Source: Podarcis melisellensis
Lineage: Eukaryota
Assembly: GCA_964234715.1 (NCBI GenBank)
Contig: OZ174280.1
Strand: one strand, 5' to 3'
Length of the DNA: 64,000 nucleotides
Shown: positions 1 through 11,980 of the stretch, piece by piece
Layout: every line of letters begins with the position of its first letter
How positions within the stretch are numbered: the stretch's first letter is position 1
Notes under the pieces: model-generated
Database searches by the model: none
The model's input: only the letters and a program-made list of their open reading frames with translations
What the model was told of the DNA's origin: nothing
Translations under genes and position numbers: made by a program

Positions 1-1284
1 ATTGTTGTGCTAACCCTTTTCTCTGATTTCTTGCGCTGCAGATGCATACAAATATTTACATATGTGCAGTGCTGTGCTGTATGTGTGTCTACACACTGTG
101 GCCTTGCTCACATTACTGGCCAACCCTGCCAACCGCCCCCCCCCCCGCCGCTAACTCTCCTCCCATTACACCTAACCAACTCTGCTCCCCTTTCCACCTC
201 ATCCCAACCCCCCTTTCTCCTTACAGCTTATGCAACTCCACCCCCTCACAGCTCACCCATCTCCTCCTAGTTCAACTGAGACCAAACCCCATAGCTCACT
301 CAAGCCACTCCCTTCCTTACACATGGTAGAGGCTTGGGAGGCAGTGTGGGTGGGTTTCTGTTGCTCTCATGGCTTCCCAACATCATCAGCCACTACTGCT
401 TTCTCAGACGGTGAGACCCAGTGAGTTCAGTTTGTGATGGTGGAGTCAATGTGACACTCCTGCCACCACACAGTGTGCTGAGCTCCTCATGCCTCATTGC
501 TTCCCCTTTCAGTAAGCAGGAGCGACTAGCAGTGTTGGGGAGTGACTTCTCTCCTTCATTATGTTCCCTCAGCATCAGTGGTGGGAAAGGGGAATATCAG
601 GGAGGACCTTCTCCACCTCTCCCCTACCCCAGCTGATCTAAAGAAGCAACATTCAGCTCATTAGAATTCAGGCCCTATTTTGACATAACATCAAAGTCTT
701 TTTCTTTACCCAAGTGTCTTAGAAACCTCAGGAATCTATCCAAGGGGAATATTGGAATATTGATTTTCCAATAATTTATTGATAAATTTCTGCAATTCTG
801 GCCAATATGAGGCCAGAACTTTCCCCACTGTCATGACCGTGATGGTTTAGCAACATCTCTTAGAAAAGCAGCAGGAGTGTAGTTTGCCACTCACCAGAGC
901 ACCCCCAAAATGGAAATTTGACCACTTCCCATTTCCTAGGTTCCCATATTTCAGTCCTGTAAAGTAACTGGGGAGTGATTTCCCCTTCAATAATGTTTAA
1001 GGTTGTGGTGGATGTGGGGAGAATAGTCTTCCTCCTCTCGACTATGCAAAGTTTAAAATGACTTTAATTACTTTGAATGCTTGAAGCTGTGTTGTTTCCT
1101 ATGGGCCTGCCCAGATAGTCAATTGATGGAACTGAGTACCTAAATATCTAAAGTTCTTAGGCTGTTCAATATTAGGATCATTAATCTTCCATTTACGAAC
1201 TCTGGGTCTTTTGGTAAAAATTGAGATTTTCGTTTGAGTCTTATTTAGAGTCACATATTCTTTTTAATAATAGTCCCTGAACAG

Positions 1285-1475
1285 TCTTGGATTTTACTCA
1301 GAGGTATGCTCCACTGTATTCATTGGGTTGTGTTCCCAGATAGGTGTGCATAGGATTGCAGACTAAGGCAATCTTACACTTATCAGGGAGTAAGGTCAAG
1401 TGGAATCAGTGCTACTGACTTCTAAATGCACAGTAAGTCCCTGTGAACTTTGGTACTTATTCTGAGGTAGACATT
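1285..1475. mobile_element. Cluster of degenerate short palindromic squamate MITE-like repeats
   Basis: Recurring motifs TACTCAGAGGTA..CATTGGG..CCCAGATAGGTGTGCATAGGATTGCAG and GGAGTAAG..ACTTATTCTGAGGTAGACAT. A related copy lies near 19195-19246. Boundaries approximate. Confidence 0.5.
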
Positions 1476-2959
1476 CTGCCACCTGCACTTTGCTAGAAGC
1501 TCAATAACCAATATGAAGAAGAGGAAAAGGAGGCAGCCTTGTTTTGTGTAGCATCAATGGGTTCTAATGGGTTATTGTAGACCTTAGATGGTTATCATTT
1601 TTTGCATTAACTTTTACTTCTTTGAATACCTGGGAAAGCATAAAAAAATGTCCGTTGGCAAAAAGGCATTTTGGGGTCTTGTTCCGATAGCTCCATGAGT
1701 TCATTTCACAGCACTGATTTACAGTTTCGGGACAGGTGACAACTTCTTAACCCAATTTATATGTTGCCTTCTTCTGCCTCAAAAATTTCATACACATGTA
1801 AATTTATTTATTTCTATATGTTCTATGGCTCCTCCAACCATTGTTTAAAATATTCTTTGTCACTTTTAAGATATTTAATCATTTCTTTGTTGTTGACTGA
1901 CAGGTCTAAGGCTTCTGTCTGTGATAAAAGGTGTGTTTAGTTTCTATTTCAGCAAGACCTAAAACTGAAGCTCCTAGGGTGCTGAGTGCCAAAAATTTGC
2001 ACCATATTATCAGTAAGGTTGTTCATAGGGCAGCTGCACACCAATCGGAAGACTTCCAGTTTGAATTTGGGCAGCTCCTGACAGGTGAACAGCTATTTCA
2101 GAGCAGTGTCAATAGGCAGAAAGAGAGGACTGTGCCCCACAGAGTTGAAAATAAAAAGATGCACATTTATTTAGGGCCTGCTATTCTCTGCCCAGCCAGC
2201 AACCTTTAGAGCTGCCTTCAGCTATCAGGACAGAGGTATCTTCACATTCCATGCATTCAGCCAAAGGGGTTTTCTAATGCAGTCAAGTGTGAGCATTCAC
2301 CTTTGAATACCATTGGCACAACACACTGTTAGCCTTTAACAAGATTGCAGCCCAAGGCATCACTGGCATTAAACAGCTCATGACAAACCAATAAAGCAGA
2401 AAGCTGTGCATGGTCCAGCTTGGCAGGAGGTCACAGAGTGGAATGCACAATGAGGATCTTCATTCCCCAAAGCTGTCTGGTTGGAGTGAATCAAATCTGA
2501 CCGGGAGAGCTGTCAAAAATAAGAGCAAATGTCCATTAAGGGTTAAAAAAGGTTTCTTATTTGTCATGTTGCACCACATCTGGAGCCACATGTGTGCAGA
2601 ATGTTAAGTGGAAGAGAATGAGGAGGGAGGCAGAGTCTGAAGCCGTACAAATTCTCAGTGGAGAGTGGGTTCCTGTTCATTTGCAACAGGGTGTCAACCC
2701 CCCTGCGATGGAAATGAGACAAGGTTCCCCAAGGAACATAATCTCCGTGCAGGATCCTTGCATCGATGAAAATGAAAGTGAACTATCTATAAATAAACTG
2801 ACATATTCCACTGGTGACATCTGCTAAGAATATTGGCAAGGCAGGTTGTTTTCCAGACAGGCAGAAAATGGAATGGGCTGAGGCAGACTGCAAAGTGGCA
2901 AAGGACTCCAGTCTACTGGTGTCTTTTAGGAAATGGGTCTGGGGTGTTAGGGAAACCCT

Positions 2960-3335
2960 TGGTGTGTTAGGGACTTTTCCATGCATGAGAAGACAGACCG
3001 TGGCAGATTGAGAGGACAGAACCAATAGTGGGTCCAACAGTCAGGAAAATGGTTTCTGCATATGCTGCCGAAGAAAATGAGGGGCAGCTGGGGCTTGTCA
3101 ACTTGGGAAGGTAGCCCATCTTGGAGAAGGAAAACTCGGTTCCTAGACCTCTGCTGCCTTGCAGGATACCTTCAGGAGAAGAAAATGCTAAGGAGCAAAC
3201 ACTTCACAATTCCATAGTGGAGTCCCTAAGATGGTTGGATGCCTCCTTCTGGCAACTCCTGCAGCCAAGCATTGCTCTGCATTCCTTTGGACTGAGTGTT
3301 TTGTCTGAGCAGCCCAGGACCTCCATGGTCACTTC
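2960..3335 (+). mobile_element. RTE-clade LINE 5' region fragment
   Basis: GGCAGCTGGGGCTTGTCAACTTGGGAAGGTAGCCCATCTTGGAGAAGGAAAACTC resembles the 5' UTR of squamate RTE LINEs, recalled from memory. No intact ORF. Confidence 0.5.
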
Positions 3336-3529
3336 CCAGCTTGTGCCCCGAGGGGGTCACTTTGGTGCTGCTAACACAGCTGCTAACCAGATGTGCACCC
3401 CATTGTCTCTGGAGACAGATGTATGCCAACAACAAATTTCATTTGAATTTTAGATTGAAAAATTGCTGGTGCAAGAAACAGAGGATGATGATCTTTCCTT
3501 TCACTGACACTGACGTTTAGGAATCCTAA

Positions 3530-3990
3530 TAATTGTTTGTTAGCTATTTCACATATATCTACCCCAACTTTCCTGCAGTGCAGCTTACAAAAAAATTAAT
3601 AAAGATCGTGATGATTTTTAAACATGATCATTCTGAGAGCATTCCAGAGCTGAGGTGCCACTAAAGAAGAGGCCCTCTTCTCAGTAGCCACCTCTCTCAT
3701 TTCTGAAGGGGTTGCGTGAGTCTGGAAAGGGTTAGAATATAATCATTTATTATCTCAGTTGCTGGGCAGACTCATGTGGGTGAAGATGGTTCTTCAGATT
3801 CCAAAGTCCCAAATCACTGAGGGTCACACAGGTGACAACCAACACTTTGCATTGTGGGTGGAAACCAACTGCAATCAAATGCATGCATACCCCACTCCTG
3901 CCAGAGTATTGGAGATGTGTGGTCATAACAGCCTTGTTCTAATTGAATATATCTTCACATCTAGCTCTGGCAGGGCTCCTGTCCATTTTA
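3530..3990 (-). mobile_element. L2 LINE 3' fragment (degenerate)
   Basis: Antisense L2 motifs TTCCAGAGCTGAGGTGCCACTAAAGAAGAGGCCCTC and AACACTTTGCATTGTGGGTGGAAACCAACTG. Confidence 0.6.
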
Positions 3991-4649
3991 ACAATGGCTC
4001 CAATGCAGAAATTCAAATGATGAATCTGTCCCTATCACAGCATCACTTGAGGCCTGAAGAAAGACTTAGATAATCTAAGTATTTGAAAATGGATTCTACT
4101 TTAAAAGTGGGGTTTTCCTTTGCAAGCCTGCCCTCTTCTCCACTGGTATTTAATCTATCATAAGAAATGCTAGCTATAGCAATTCAGAGTAATGGCAAGA
4201 TACAATAGGTGATATTTAAGGATCAAGAATTCTACAGTTTAACTTTATGAGCCACTGATGGGGTCCTAATTCAAGTGTATTATATTACTTTGGTACCATA
4301 TCTGGTTATAAGATCAATGATTCAAATTCAGAGTTAATAGGAATTAATGCTGAAAAGTCTATAAAAGAAGCCTATATATAATGGGCTGGCTATGGCATGA
4401 ATGTAATAAGTTGGCAAGTTTTACTTGCTCATTTTATTTTTTTACGTATCTGATGTTGACACCATCTGATGTATTTGTCCTTTAAAAAAACTTTTTTAAT
4501 TTCAGGGGTAATTATTATTTCATATTTCTTGATACTTGTGAAATATAAGTATTTAATATTTAACAATATAATTTCAATCTGCAGAATTTTCTGTTTACAT
4601 CCTAAAGTAGGTAGTACAGATGAAATGCTAAACCATGGTCTAGTGATTG

Positions 4650-4745
4650 CAGATCAGGATTTGTAGCCCTCTGGATATTTTTGGACTACCTCTCATCATC
4701 CATGACCATTGATCATGCTGGTTGGAGCTATTGGGAGGTTCCCCG
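4650..4745. mobile_element. Short hAT-type MITE fragment (CCCTCCAGATGTT..GGACTAC family)
   Basis: GCCCTCTGGATATTTTTGGACTACC..CATGCTGGTTGGAGCTATTGGGAG, the same family as the copies at 6362 and 45769. Confidence 0.5.
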
Positions 4746-4904
4746 TGTCTCCTGTAGGTGGGGAAAAGCCAAAGTCCCAGCAGAACCCATCTTCTCCTTG
4801 TGACCACACATCATTGTCCTACCACCACTCCCTAGGCTCTGAGTGGTTTTCCAACTGGTTCCCCCCACCACACCTCTGTGTCCAACCAGTCCACGACACC
4901 TTTG

Positions 4905-5019
4905 GCTAGTCACTGCCTCTCAGCCTATCCTGTGGTTGTGAGGATAATACAGAGAAAGGGAGAGCCATATACAACATATTGAGCTCCTTGGAAAGGGGGG
5001 ACATAAAATAATGCCAAAA

Positions 5020-5049
<30 letters not shown>
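4905..5049 (+). mobile_element. Squam3-like SINE 3' half with (TAAG)n tail
   Basis: CTCTCAGCCTA..GGTTGTGAGGATAA..TTGAGCTCCTTGGAAAG followed by an AGTA repeat tail at about 5019-5049. Confidence 0.65.
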
Positions 5050-5052
<3 letters not shown>

Positions 5053-5658
5053 AACCAAGATGTATGGAAACTGATGGGCATATGCATGGACACAGATGGC
5101 TTTAGGCATTAAGTTAAGACACTGAGGGGCAACTGAGAATCTCCTTCAATCAAGAGAGGAAGCTAGGAAGTCCAAGATAGCTGACTGTCACACAGAGGGG
5201 ATGATGTCAGAAAGCACTGTTTAAATGACTGGATGGAAGAGTCTGATAGCTTCACGGATTATGTGCATCACATTACAAATGCTTTATTGCAGCTAATTCT
5301 AATAGGGTTGGGATACATAAACCTTCCATGAAGTCGATGCTCTAGGTAAGTGTATGAGTGAGTCACAGCTTCAGCATTTTCTAAGGTTAATAATGGTTGC
5401 ACGCTTTTATGTGAGTCAGACCCTTTACTTATTGGGAGCTGTCGTTTTTTGTCATCTGCAACTCCTCCATCCTCTTCCTTCATCTGACACTTAGTCAGTC
5501 TTGCCCTCCTCACTGGAGAGATCCTTTGTTAACTCCTCTAAACCAGATTACCCCCTTCAGAGATGACTGATTGCAGTTTCCTTTGGAGTGAATGATCCTG
5601 CCTGCATATTCCCCAATAAGGGAAAGTTCTGCTGTTTTCTAACACAGGCAGCTCAAGG

Positions 5659-5659
<1 letters not shown>

Positions 5660-5728
<69 letters not shown>
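5660..5728. repeat. (TTTC)n microsatellite
   Basis: About 17 perfect units, directly visible. Confidence 0.98.
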
Positions 5729-5729
<1 letters not shown>

Positions 5730-6361
5730 ACTTCAGCTGCAAACTAACCTGCAGGATACTGAGGAGACATCCATCTAGAAGAAATGTTTACTGCATTCTA
5801 AAACACGAAATTGTTCATTCCATCCTCCAACCCTTCAGAGAGCTTGTGCACATGACTGCTCAACTGAGGCTGCAACCCTGAGTGTTCTCGGTTGGAAGGA
5901 AGTCCAACTGAAATGGATGAGATTGACTGCTGTGGTTTGTCACATCATAAGCCCCCAGCCAGATCCTCCTGGGCCACTTGATGCTGGCAAGGCCCCCCCC
6001 CAATGTACCAGCATATTCTGAAATATATCAGCCATATACTCCAATTGTGACATGTCCATAGTTGTTATCTCAGTGAATTAGTTGTTTGCTCACTGGTAAT
6101 TTGGTACTGTGCATTGCATTTCTGAATCTTTACCTTTTTGTTTCCTAAACACAGGGTCCTACATCAGACCTCACTCAAGCAGTAAACCTCAGCACCCATA
6201 TGCTGGTAAACTATATCAAAAATCCTCTTTTCTGAAAGTGCACTATCTTCTCATTCAGAAGAGAGGATTAGTTCCACTTCCAATCCCATGCCACAGTTTC
6301 TTATCCATGCCTTGAACCTCTGCCTCTCCTCTGAGCTTAATTCCAGGTGAATTTCTCTGCC

Positions 6362-6497
6362 CAGGGGTAGCCAGCACAATGCTCCCCAGATGTTATGGAC
6401 TAAAGATCCTATCAGCTCCAGCTAGCATGGCCAATGGTCAGGAATGATTGGACTTATAGCCCACAACATCTGGAGGGCACCATGTTGTCTACCACTG
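6362..6497. mobile_element. hAT-type palindromic MITE
   Basis: Termini CAGGGGTAGCCA / TGTCTACCACTG and internal inverted repeat CCAGATGTT..AACATCTGG. Confidence 0.7.
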
Positions 6498-6887
6498 TGT
6501 AGTGCATGATGTCAGAGACTGGTTGGACATAGAGGAATGGTGGGAGGAACTAGCTGGTGAACTACCAAGGGAAGAAAGCTCAGAGCCTGAGGAGTGGTGG
6601 TTAGACGACAATGAGTGGTCATGGGGAGAAGAGGGAGAAGAGAAGGTGTTGGAAACTGAAGGGGTAGCCAGGCTTAGTGAGCTGGGGGAGTCTATGGCAG
6701 AGAGAAGTCAAGAATCAGAAGCTGAAGCAGCTGAGTGGGAGGTCAAGAGGCAGAGATGTGTCTGGCTGGTGAAGAGTCAAAGGTGTTTCCTCCTCCTGCT
6801 GTAACAAGCTACCCTCCCCTGACTCCCAGAGGCAGAAGAGGCATGAAACATGAAGAGCAAAGACAGGTTTCATGCAGGCACAGTCTC

Positions 6888-7463
6888 TACTACTACTACT
6901 AATAATAATTTTATTATTTATACCCTGCCCCAGCGGCGGAGGAAGCCGCTCAGGCACCTGGGGTGGCGTGCCAAGGAGCGGGGTGAGCCACCCATAGGGG
7001 CGGGGTGAGGGCGCGGAACACTGTGGGGCCTCCGGAGTCTGCCTGCCTCCTTCCACTCAGCTGCCCTACAGTTGGGTGGGGGAGGCAGCAGGCAGACCGC
7101 TTGGGCAGCGTGGAGCCTGCATGTGCCCAAGCCACTGCGTCTCTCCCAGGAGAGTGCACTGCAGGCCCCGTGGTGAGTGATGCCTGGCAATTTGTCACCC
7201 CCCTCAGTGGTGACACACGGGGTGGCCCACACCCACCACACCCCCTTCCTCCGCCCCTGCCCCGCTCATTTGGCTGGGTTTCCCTGGCCACTCTGATGTT
7301 TTATTATATATTTATATTTTGCTGGAAAACTTTCCAAAACTTTCCAAAAGAGGGCTGCCTTCAGATGTCTTCTAAAGGTTGTATAGTTCTTCATGTCCAA
7401 CACATCTAATGAGAGGGTGTTCCACAGGGAGGTACAACTGCCAAGAAGGCCCTATGCTTAGTT
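6888..7463 (-). mobile_element. L2 3' tail fragment, split by a MITE
   Basis: (TAC/TAA)n tail, TTTATACCCTGCCC..ATTTGGCTGGGTTTCCCTGGCCACTCTG, GGGCTGCCTTCAGATGTCTTCTAAAGG, and GTTCCACAGG..AAGAAGGCCCT. Confidence 0.7.
6931..7259. mobile_element. GC-rich hAT MITE
   Basis: Terminal inverted repeats (TIRs) CAGCGGCGGAGGAAG / CTTCCTCCGCCCCTG. 8-bp TSD CCCTGCCC / CCCCGCTC (6/8 identical). Related to 49289-49564. Confidence 0.8.
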
Positions 7464-8881
7464 TGCTTGCAAGAAGTCCTGGAGAGGAGGAGATATAGGT
7501 GGCTGTGGGGAGGTGGAAACTTTTAGTCTTGGCAACTGATTTCATGGAGAAGGACCTACAGGGCAGGAGCTGTTGTGCTTATTAGGCCCGAAACTCAGCC
7601 AAGTCTGTGAAGATCATGTTTTGCTAATAAAGAGTTAACTCCAGCTTTGAACTGTATGATTTACTGACTGGCTTCCTCTGCGACAAACACCTTGTTCTCA
7701 TGTACAGGACCAAGACGTGACTAACTTGTGCCAGATTAACAGCAAGACAGAATTCCCCTCTGCTCTCTCAGTGACCAACCACAGGATATTGCCTACAATG
7801 TTATACCTTTTTCTAAGTCTTAACCATTAGTTCAGCCACTGCCTCAAGCAAGTTCTGTTCACAAGTTTGTGACTTCTGTGACGATCATCCCCAGGTCCAG
7901 AAAATTGAAGCAATATGCCTGAACTTTGGTGCTTAGAGAACCATGTACAGTAATTTACTGAACAATATTTGATGTTCCTTTACGTTTGATTCCTGATGGC
8001 TTCACACTAATCTTTAACAATGTGCTCAAAATTCCAAACAAGGCTTCCACTTTTACTCGCAGTGGTCTCTGCATGTATATGTAGTATAACAGGAACTCAA
8101 GGAACTCAGTTTCAAGGATTACATTAACAGCATGAAGGCAACCAAGTACTGTAAAAATGCCATGCAAATAAGGCTATAAATTGAAGTCCTAGTTCTGACC
8201 TCAGGAATTTTGATTCTGCACTACATTGTTTGTTCTGGCCTATATTATTGCTATTCTGTAAAGCAATATGTATCTTACCAATATTATATATGGTCAAATT
8301 CAGAGCTGCTTATAATGGCATGCCCTGAATCCCCTTTCCCCCCCTTTGAAACTTTTCCAGCTTAGCCTTTCTTATATTCTTATATTCCAAATGACATGGA
8401 ATATAAATGAAGTTCATTTTCATTTGAAACGATAGATAGAAAAACATCCCTGACACATCTAAATCTGATACAAGCTATGTGAAGTGTGGATGGAATATGG
8501 ATGTTCTAATAACATTTGATGTCAAGGCTGGAAGTATATGCCTTAGAATCAATAAGGGAAGTCGAATAAGGTGGTGGGGACCAGCAGAATCTTGGTATAT
8601 AGGGCTGCCATCAATTTCTTTTATGCACTGTACCTGTTTTGAGAACTCTGTCCCTAATACATAGAAGATCTATTGGCAGCACAATTTGGCACTTTCTAAT
8701 GAAACTACAATTGTTTGTCTAATCCAACAAGTAAGTTTGGACCAGCTTAAAAAATAAAATTTTGAGGAGGAACCTGGCATCTGGATGCAGCAAAGACTAC
8801 TTAAGGTAATTTGGTATTGTAGAAGTTCAGTGTATGCTGACATATTGTTTTGTGTAAGCCCAAGTTTTAACAGACTGAGAT

Positions 8882-9316
8882 CATAAGAAAAGCTCTACTG
8901 CATCAGGTGAAAGGCTATTCTAATCCAGTATCTTGTTCAAGCTGATGCTTATGGGAAGCCTGCATGCCGGACCTGAATGCTACAGCGCTCTAACCATTTG
9001 TGATTCCCAGGAACTGGCATTCTGAGGAATATTCCTCCGACAGTGAAGGTAGAACAGAGCCATTGTGGCTAGTAGTCATTGACAGCCCTATCCTTCATTA
9101 ATTTGTTTAATCCTCTTTCAAAACCATCCCAGTTGGTGGTCATTACTACATCTTACGGGTGCATGCTGCATAATTTAACTATGTGCTGTGTGAAGAAGTG
9201 CTTTCTTTTGTTTGTCCTGAATCCTCCAACATTAGATGGCCCCAAGCTCGAGTATTATGAGGAGGAAAAACTTCTCCCTATCCGCTTTCACCACACATGC
9301 ATAATTATATACACCT
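8882..9316 (-). mobile_element. CR1 LINE 3' fragment (old)
   Basis: CATAAGAA tail, CATTGTGGCTAGTAGTCATTGACAGCCCTATCC, and TGTGTGAAGAAGTGCTTTCTTTTGTTTGTCCTGAA, which is antisense of the ORF2 C-terminus. Confidence 0.8.
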
Positions 9317-9723
9317 TTTAAGTAATGCTATTAATGACTAAGGCAGCCTGATCCTAGGAATATTTTAATATGTTGGCTTTCTCATTTGCTGCCGCAAGTG
9401 ATCTTTTTATGTTGATGTGGTTTTGAAATTTCTAGGTTGCTGATTTTGATGGTTATATTGGGTACTTTATTTTGGCTGCAACCCTCGCCTTCAACCAGTG
9501 ATGCTGTGGGCTCTTAGGATCTAGAAGATGTCACCATCTGGTAGCTGCAGCCACTGAAAAGTGTGGGGAAGGCAGTGCTGCCATTGACAGTGTTTAATGT
9601 GCCACCTGTGTCTCATTTCTGGGCAGCTGCAACATGACTCATGTATGACGTAGCAGCTGCTCTACCATATAAACTGTAGCATAACTTACCTACCTTCACT
9701 CCTGTGTCTGCACCCAATCAGTA

Positions 9724-9781
9724 AAAATATGAGTTTCTGAAGTGTGTTTCTGAAAATATGAGTTTCTGAAGTGTGTTTCTG
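9724..9781. repeat. Perfect 29-bp tandem duplication (AAAATATGAGTTTCTGAAGTGTGTTTCTG x2)
   Basis: Directly visible, units at 9724-9752 and 9753-9781. Confidence 0.95.
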
Positions 9782-11309
9782 AGCCACGAGCACCCGAAAG
9801 TGAATTTCATTGTTCTATCAACTTTCTTGAGTAAAAAGGAAGGCGGCAGTGAGGACAGAAGCAAAACCTTTGCATTGTGGTGAAAGCAACGTACTGCCCA
9901 CACACATTTATGGCTCAATCCATCTGCAAATAATGCACTGCTTCTGCTGGTGAAGTGTAGGGAATTTACAAGGTATATTTCATATAGAATTGGACCGGCA
10001 CCTTCGCAATGGTCCCACATCTCCTATAAAAGCAAACGAATGAAAGAAAAGCCATTTCCACACTCGGTGTAAACGACAGTTATTTGACGGTCTGCATAAA
10101 AGCCAGATGTTTTTGCTGAGAAGGTTGTAGAGCCAATGACTGTTGTATAAGCATCAGATGTTAACACAACTCTTATAGCCATTTTCATACTTCTGCAGGT
10201 GGGGGGAGGTGAAGCCTCTTGGCAATCATCCGTACACATGCCTTGTTTTTCCGAAGTGAGAAGAGAAATGAAATTGCTACTACTTGATTTCTTAACAGGC
10301 CTTGATATAATGGCTTGGGGGAGGTGGGGTGAAGGCGTTGTCAAAAGGCCCAGTTTGCTTATTCTCTGAAGGTGACTAACTCCCTTCTTCTTACCCAGGG
10401 AGTAGAATGTTCTGATGAAGAATGGGCAGTCCGGGGGTGGAATCCAATTGTTGTGCCTGCATTCGTGTGAAGGTCTTTGATCTAGCAAAGGTGCCTGTCA
10501 ATGAAGGTGGAGGGGATTTTTGATGCATCCCCCGTTGCAGTCCCCAGTGCCCTGCTCCCCAAATCAGCTCCATCTTCTAGGCACCAGGCTGGAGAAGATT
10601 ATTTTAAGGAATGCCACTGGAAGCAATACTCCAGCTGAAGCCCCAAGGTACTCTAAACATGTGCTAGAGAAATGTCTCGTACTTCTGACAAGGTTTGTTG
10701 TGAAAGAGGGCAAGGGAAAAATGACTGCTTTGGAGGCAAAAATAGCAATCCAGCTCTCTATGAGCACTAGGGGTGAGGAGAAGGTCCTATGTAAGTCTAT
10801 CAAGCATGCCTCAGGAGCATAGCCAGCCAATATCATTTGATTAATCTCTCTGCAGCTATTTGCTTCTCATATAAGTGTCTAATTTCTCCTTACAATTTTT
10901 TTTTGCTCCCCCCTGACCTATCCTAATTTGTCTATCAACACAGACCTGCAATTAGGTTATTAAAATGGAAGACGAGACAGGGAATATCTTCAAGGCCTGA
11001 TAGATATGGATAAAAACCTTTGAAAGGCAAAGAAAGTGAAATGTTATTATGTTCATCTGAAGAATAAAGAGAGCAAGGGAGAAAAGAATGCCCTATAGGG
11101 AACTTCCTTGATTTGATAGAAAGGCTGATCCCATGAACAAACTGGAATTCAAGGCAAGCACAAAGTATTATTGTTTCAGCTTTGAAATATATTTCTGGAA
11201 GCGTCAAAATACTCCTTTCCAATTTCTTTTTTTCAGGTGGATGCCTTTGAAAAAAGTTACACTCTGTCCAGCTCAGAGATTTTGCTACAGAGGAACAGTT
11301 CCAAAATTT

Positions 11310-11638
11310 CATAGAATCATAGAATCATTGAATCATAGAGTTGGAAGAGACCACAAGGGCCATCGAGTCCAACCCCCTGCCAAGCAGTAACACCATCAGA
11401 GCACTCCTGACATATGGCTGTCAAGCCTCTGCTTAAAGACCTCCAAAGAAGGAGACTCCCCCACACTCCTTGGCAGCAAATTCCACTGTTGAACAGCTCT
11501 TACTGTCAGGAAGCTCTTCCTAATGTTTAGGTGGAATCTTCTTTCTTGTAGTTTGGAACCATTGCTCTGTGTCCGCTTCTCTGGAGCAGCAGAAAACAAC
11601 CTTTCTCCCTCCTCTATGTGACATCCTTTTATATATAT
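11310..11638 (-). mobile_element. 5'-truncated CR1 LINE (relatively young): ORF2 C-terminus and 3' tail
   Basis: Open translation KGCHIEEGERLFSAAPEKRTQSNGSKLQERRFHLNIRKSFLTVRAVQQWNLLPRSVGESPSLEVFKQRLDSHM, and an (ATTCTATG)n tail seen as ATAGAATC repeats. Confidence 0.95.
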
Positions 11639-11687
11639 CTGAATTTTATTGTTCCTAAGGAAATCTGCAGACAGGAGTGATCTCAAT

Positions 11688-11980
11688 TATTTTTATTTAA
11701 CAAAATTAAGAGCAAAAGACCTGTAAGCTGTTTACAATGACCAGCTTGAGAAAAATCATTAAATGTACCAATAAAAACCTAACATTACAAGCCAGTTACA
11801 TTGAAAGCAATTAAAATAGAATATAAAAGGGTTATTATAAAACACTTATTAAAACCATGTATTCAGAGTTACATGCTTGGGTAGGATTATTGGAACAAAA
11901 AGGGTTTTATCAGGCACTAGAAACAATACAGTGATTGCAGCTGCTTAATATCGATTGGCAGGGAGTTCCAAAGTGTAGGT
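11688..11980 (-). mobile_element. L2 3' fragment (degenerate)
   Basis: TTATTT tail, AAGCTGTTTACAAT, and GGCAGGGAGTTCCAAAGTGTAGGT. Confidence 0.5.

Larger units (their letters stand above)
6510..7685 (+). mobile_element. Gypsy-type solo LTR interrupted by nested insertions
   Basis: TGTCAGAG start, CTCTGCGACA end, purine-rich body (which produces the spurious Glu/Trp-rich ORF 6502-6804) and AATAAA about 60 bp before the end. No target-site duplication (TSD) is recognisable. Confidence 0.6.

Noticed and set aside
6502-6804. Acidic Trp-rich 100-aa ORF (WLDIEEWWEELAGELPREESSEPEEWW..)
   Set aside because: Compositional artefact of a purine-rich LTR-like sequence. No splice context or recognisable domain.
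10374-10470. Plus-strand branch point and acceptor (GACTAAC..CTTACCCAG|) giving GVECSDEEWAVRGWNPIVVPAFV*
   Set aside because: No good donor or nearby poly(A) support, and the peptide is unrecognised. Isolated acceptors are common by chance.
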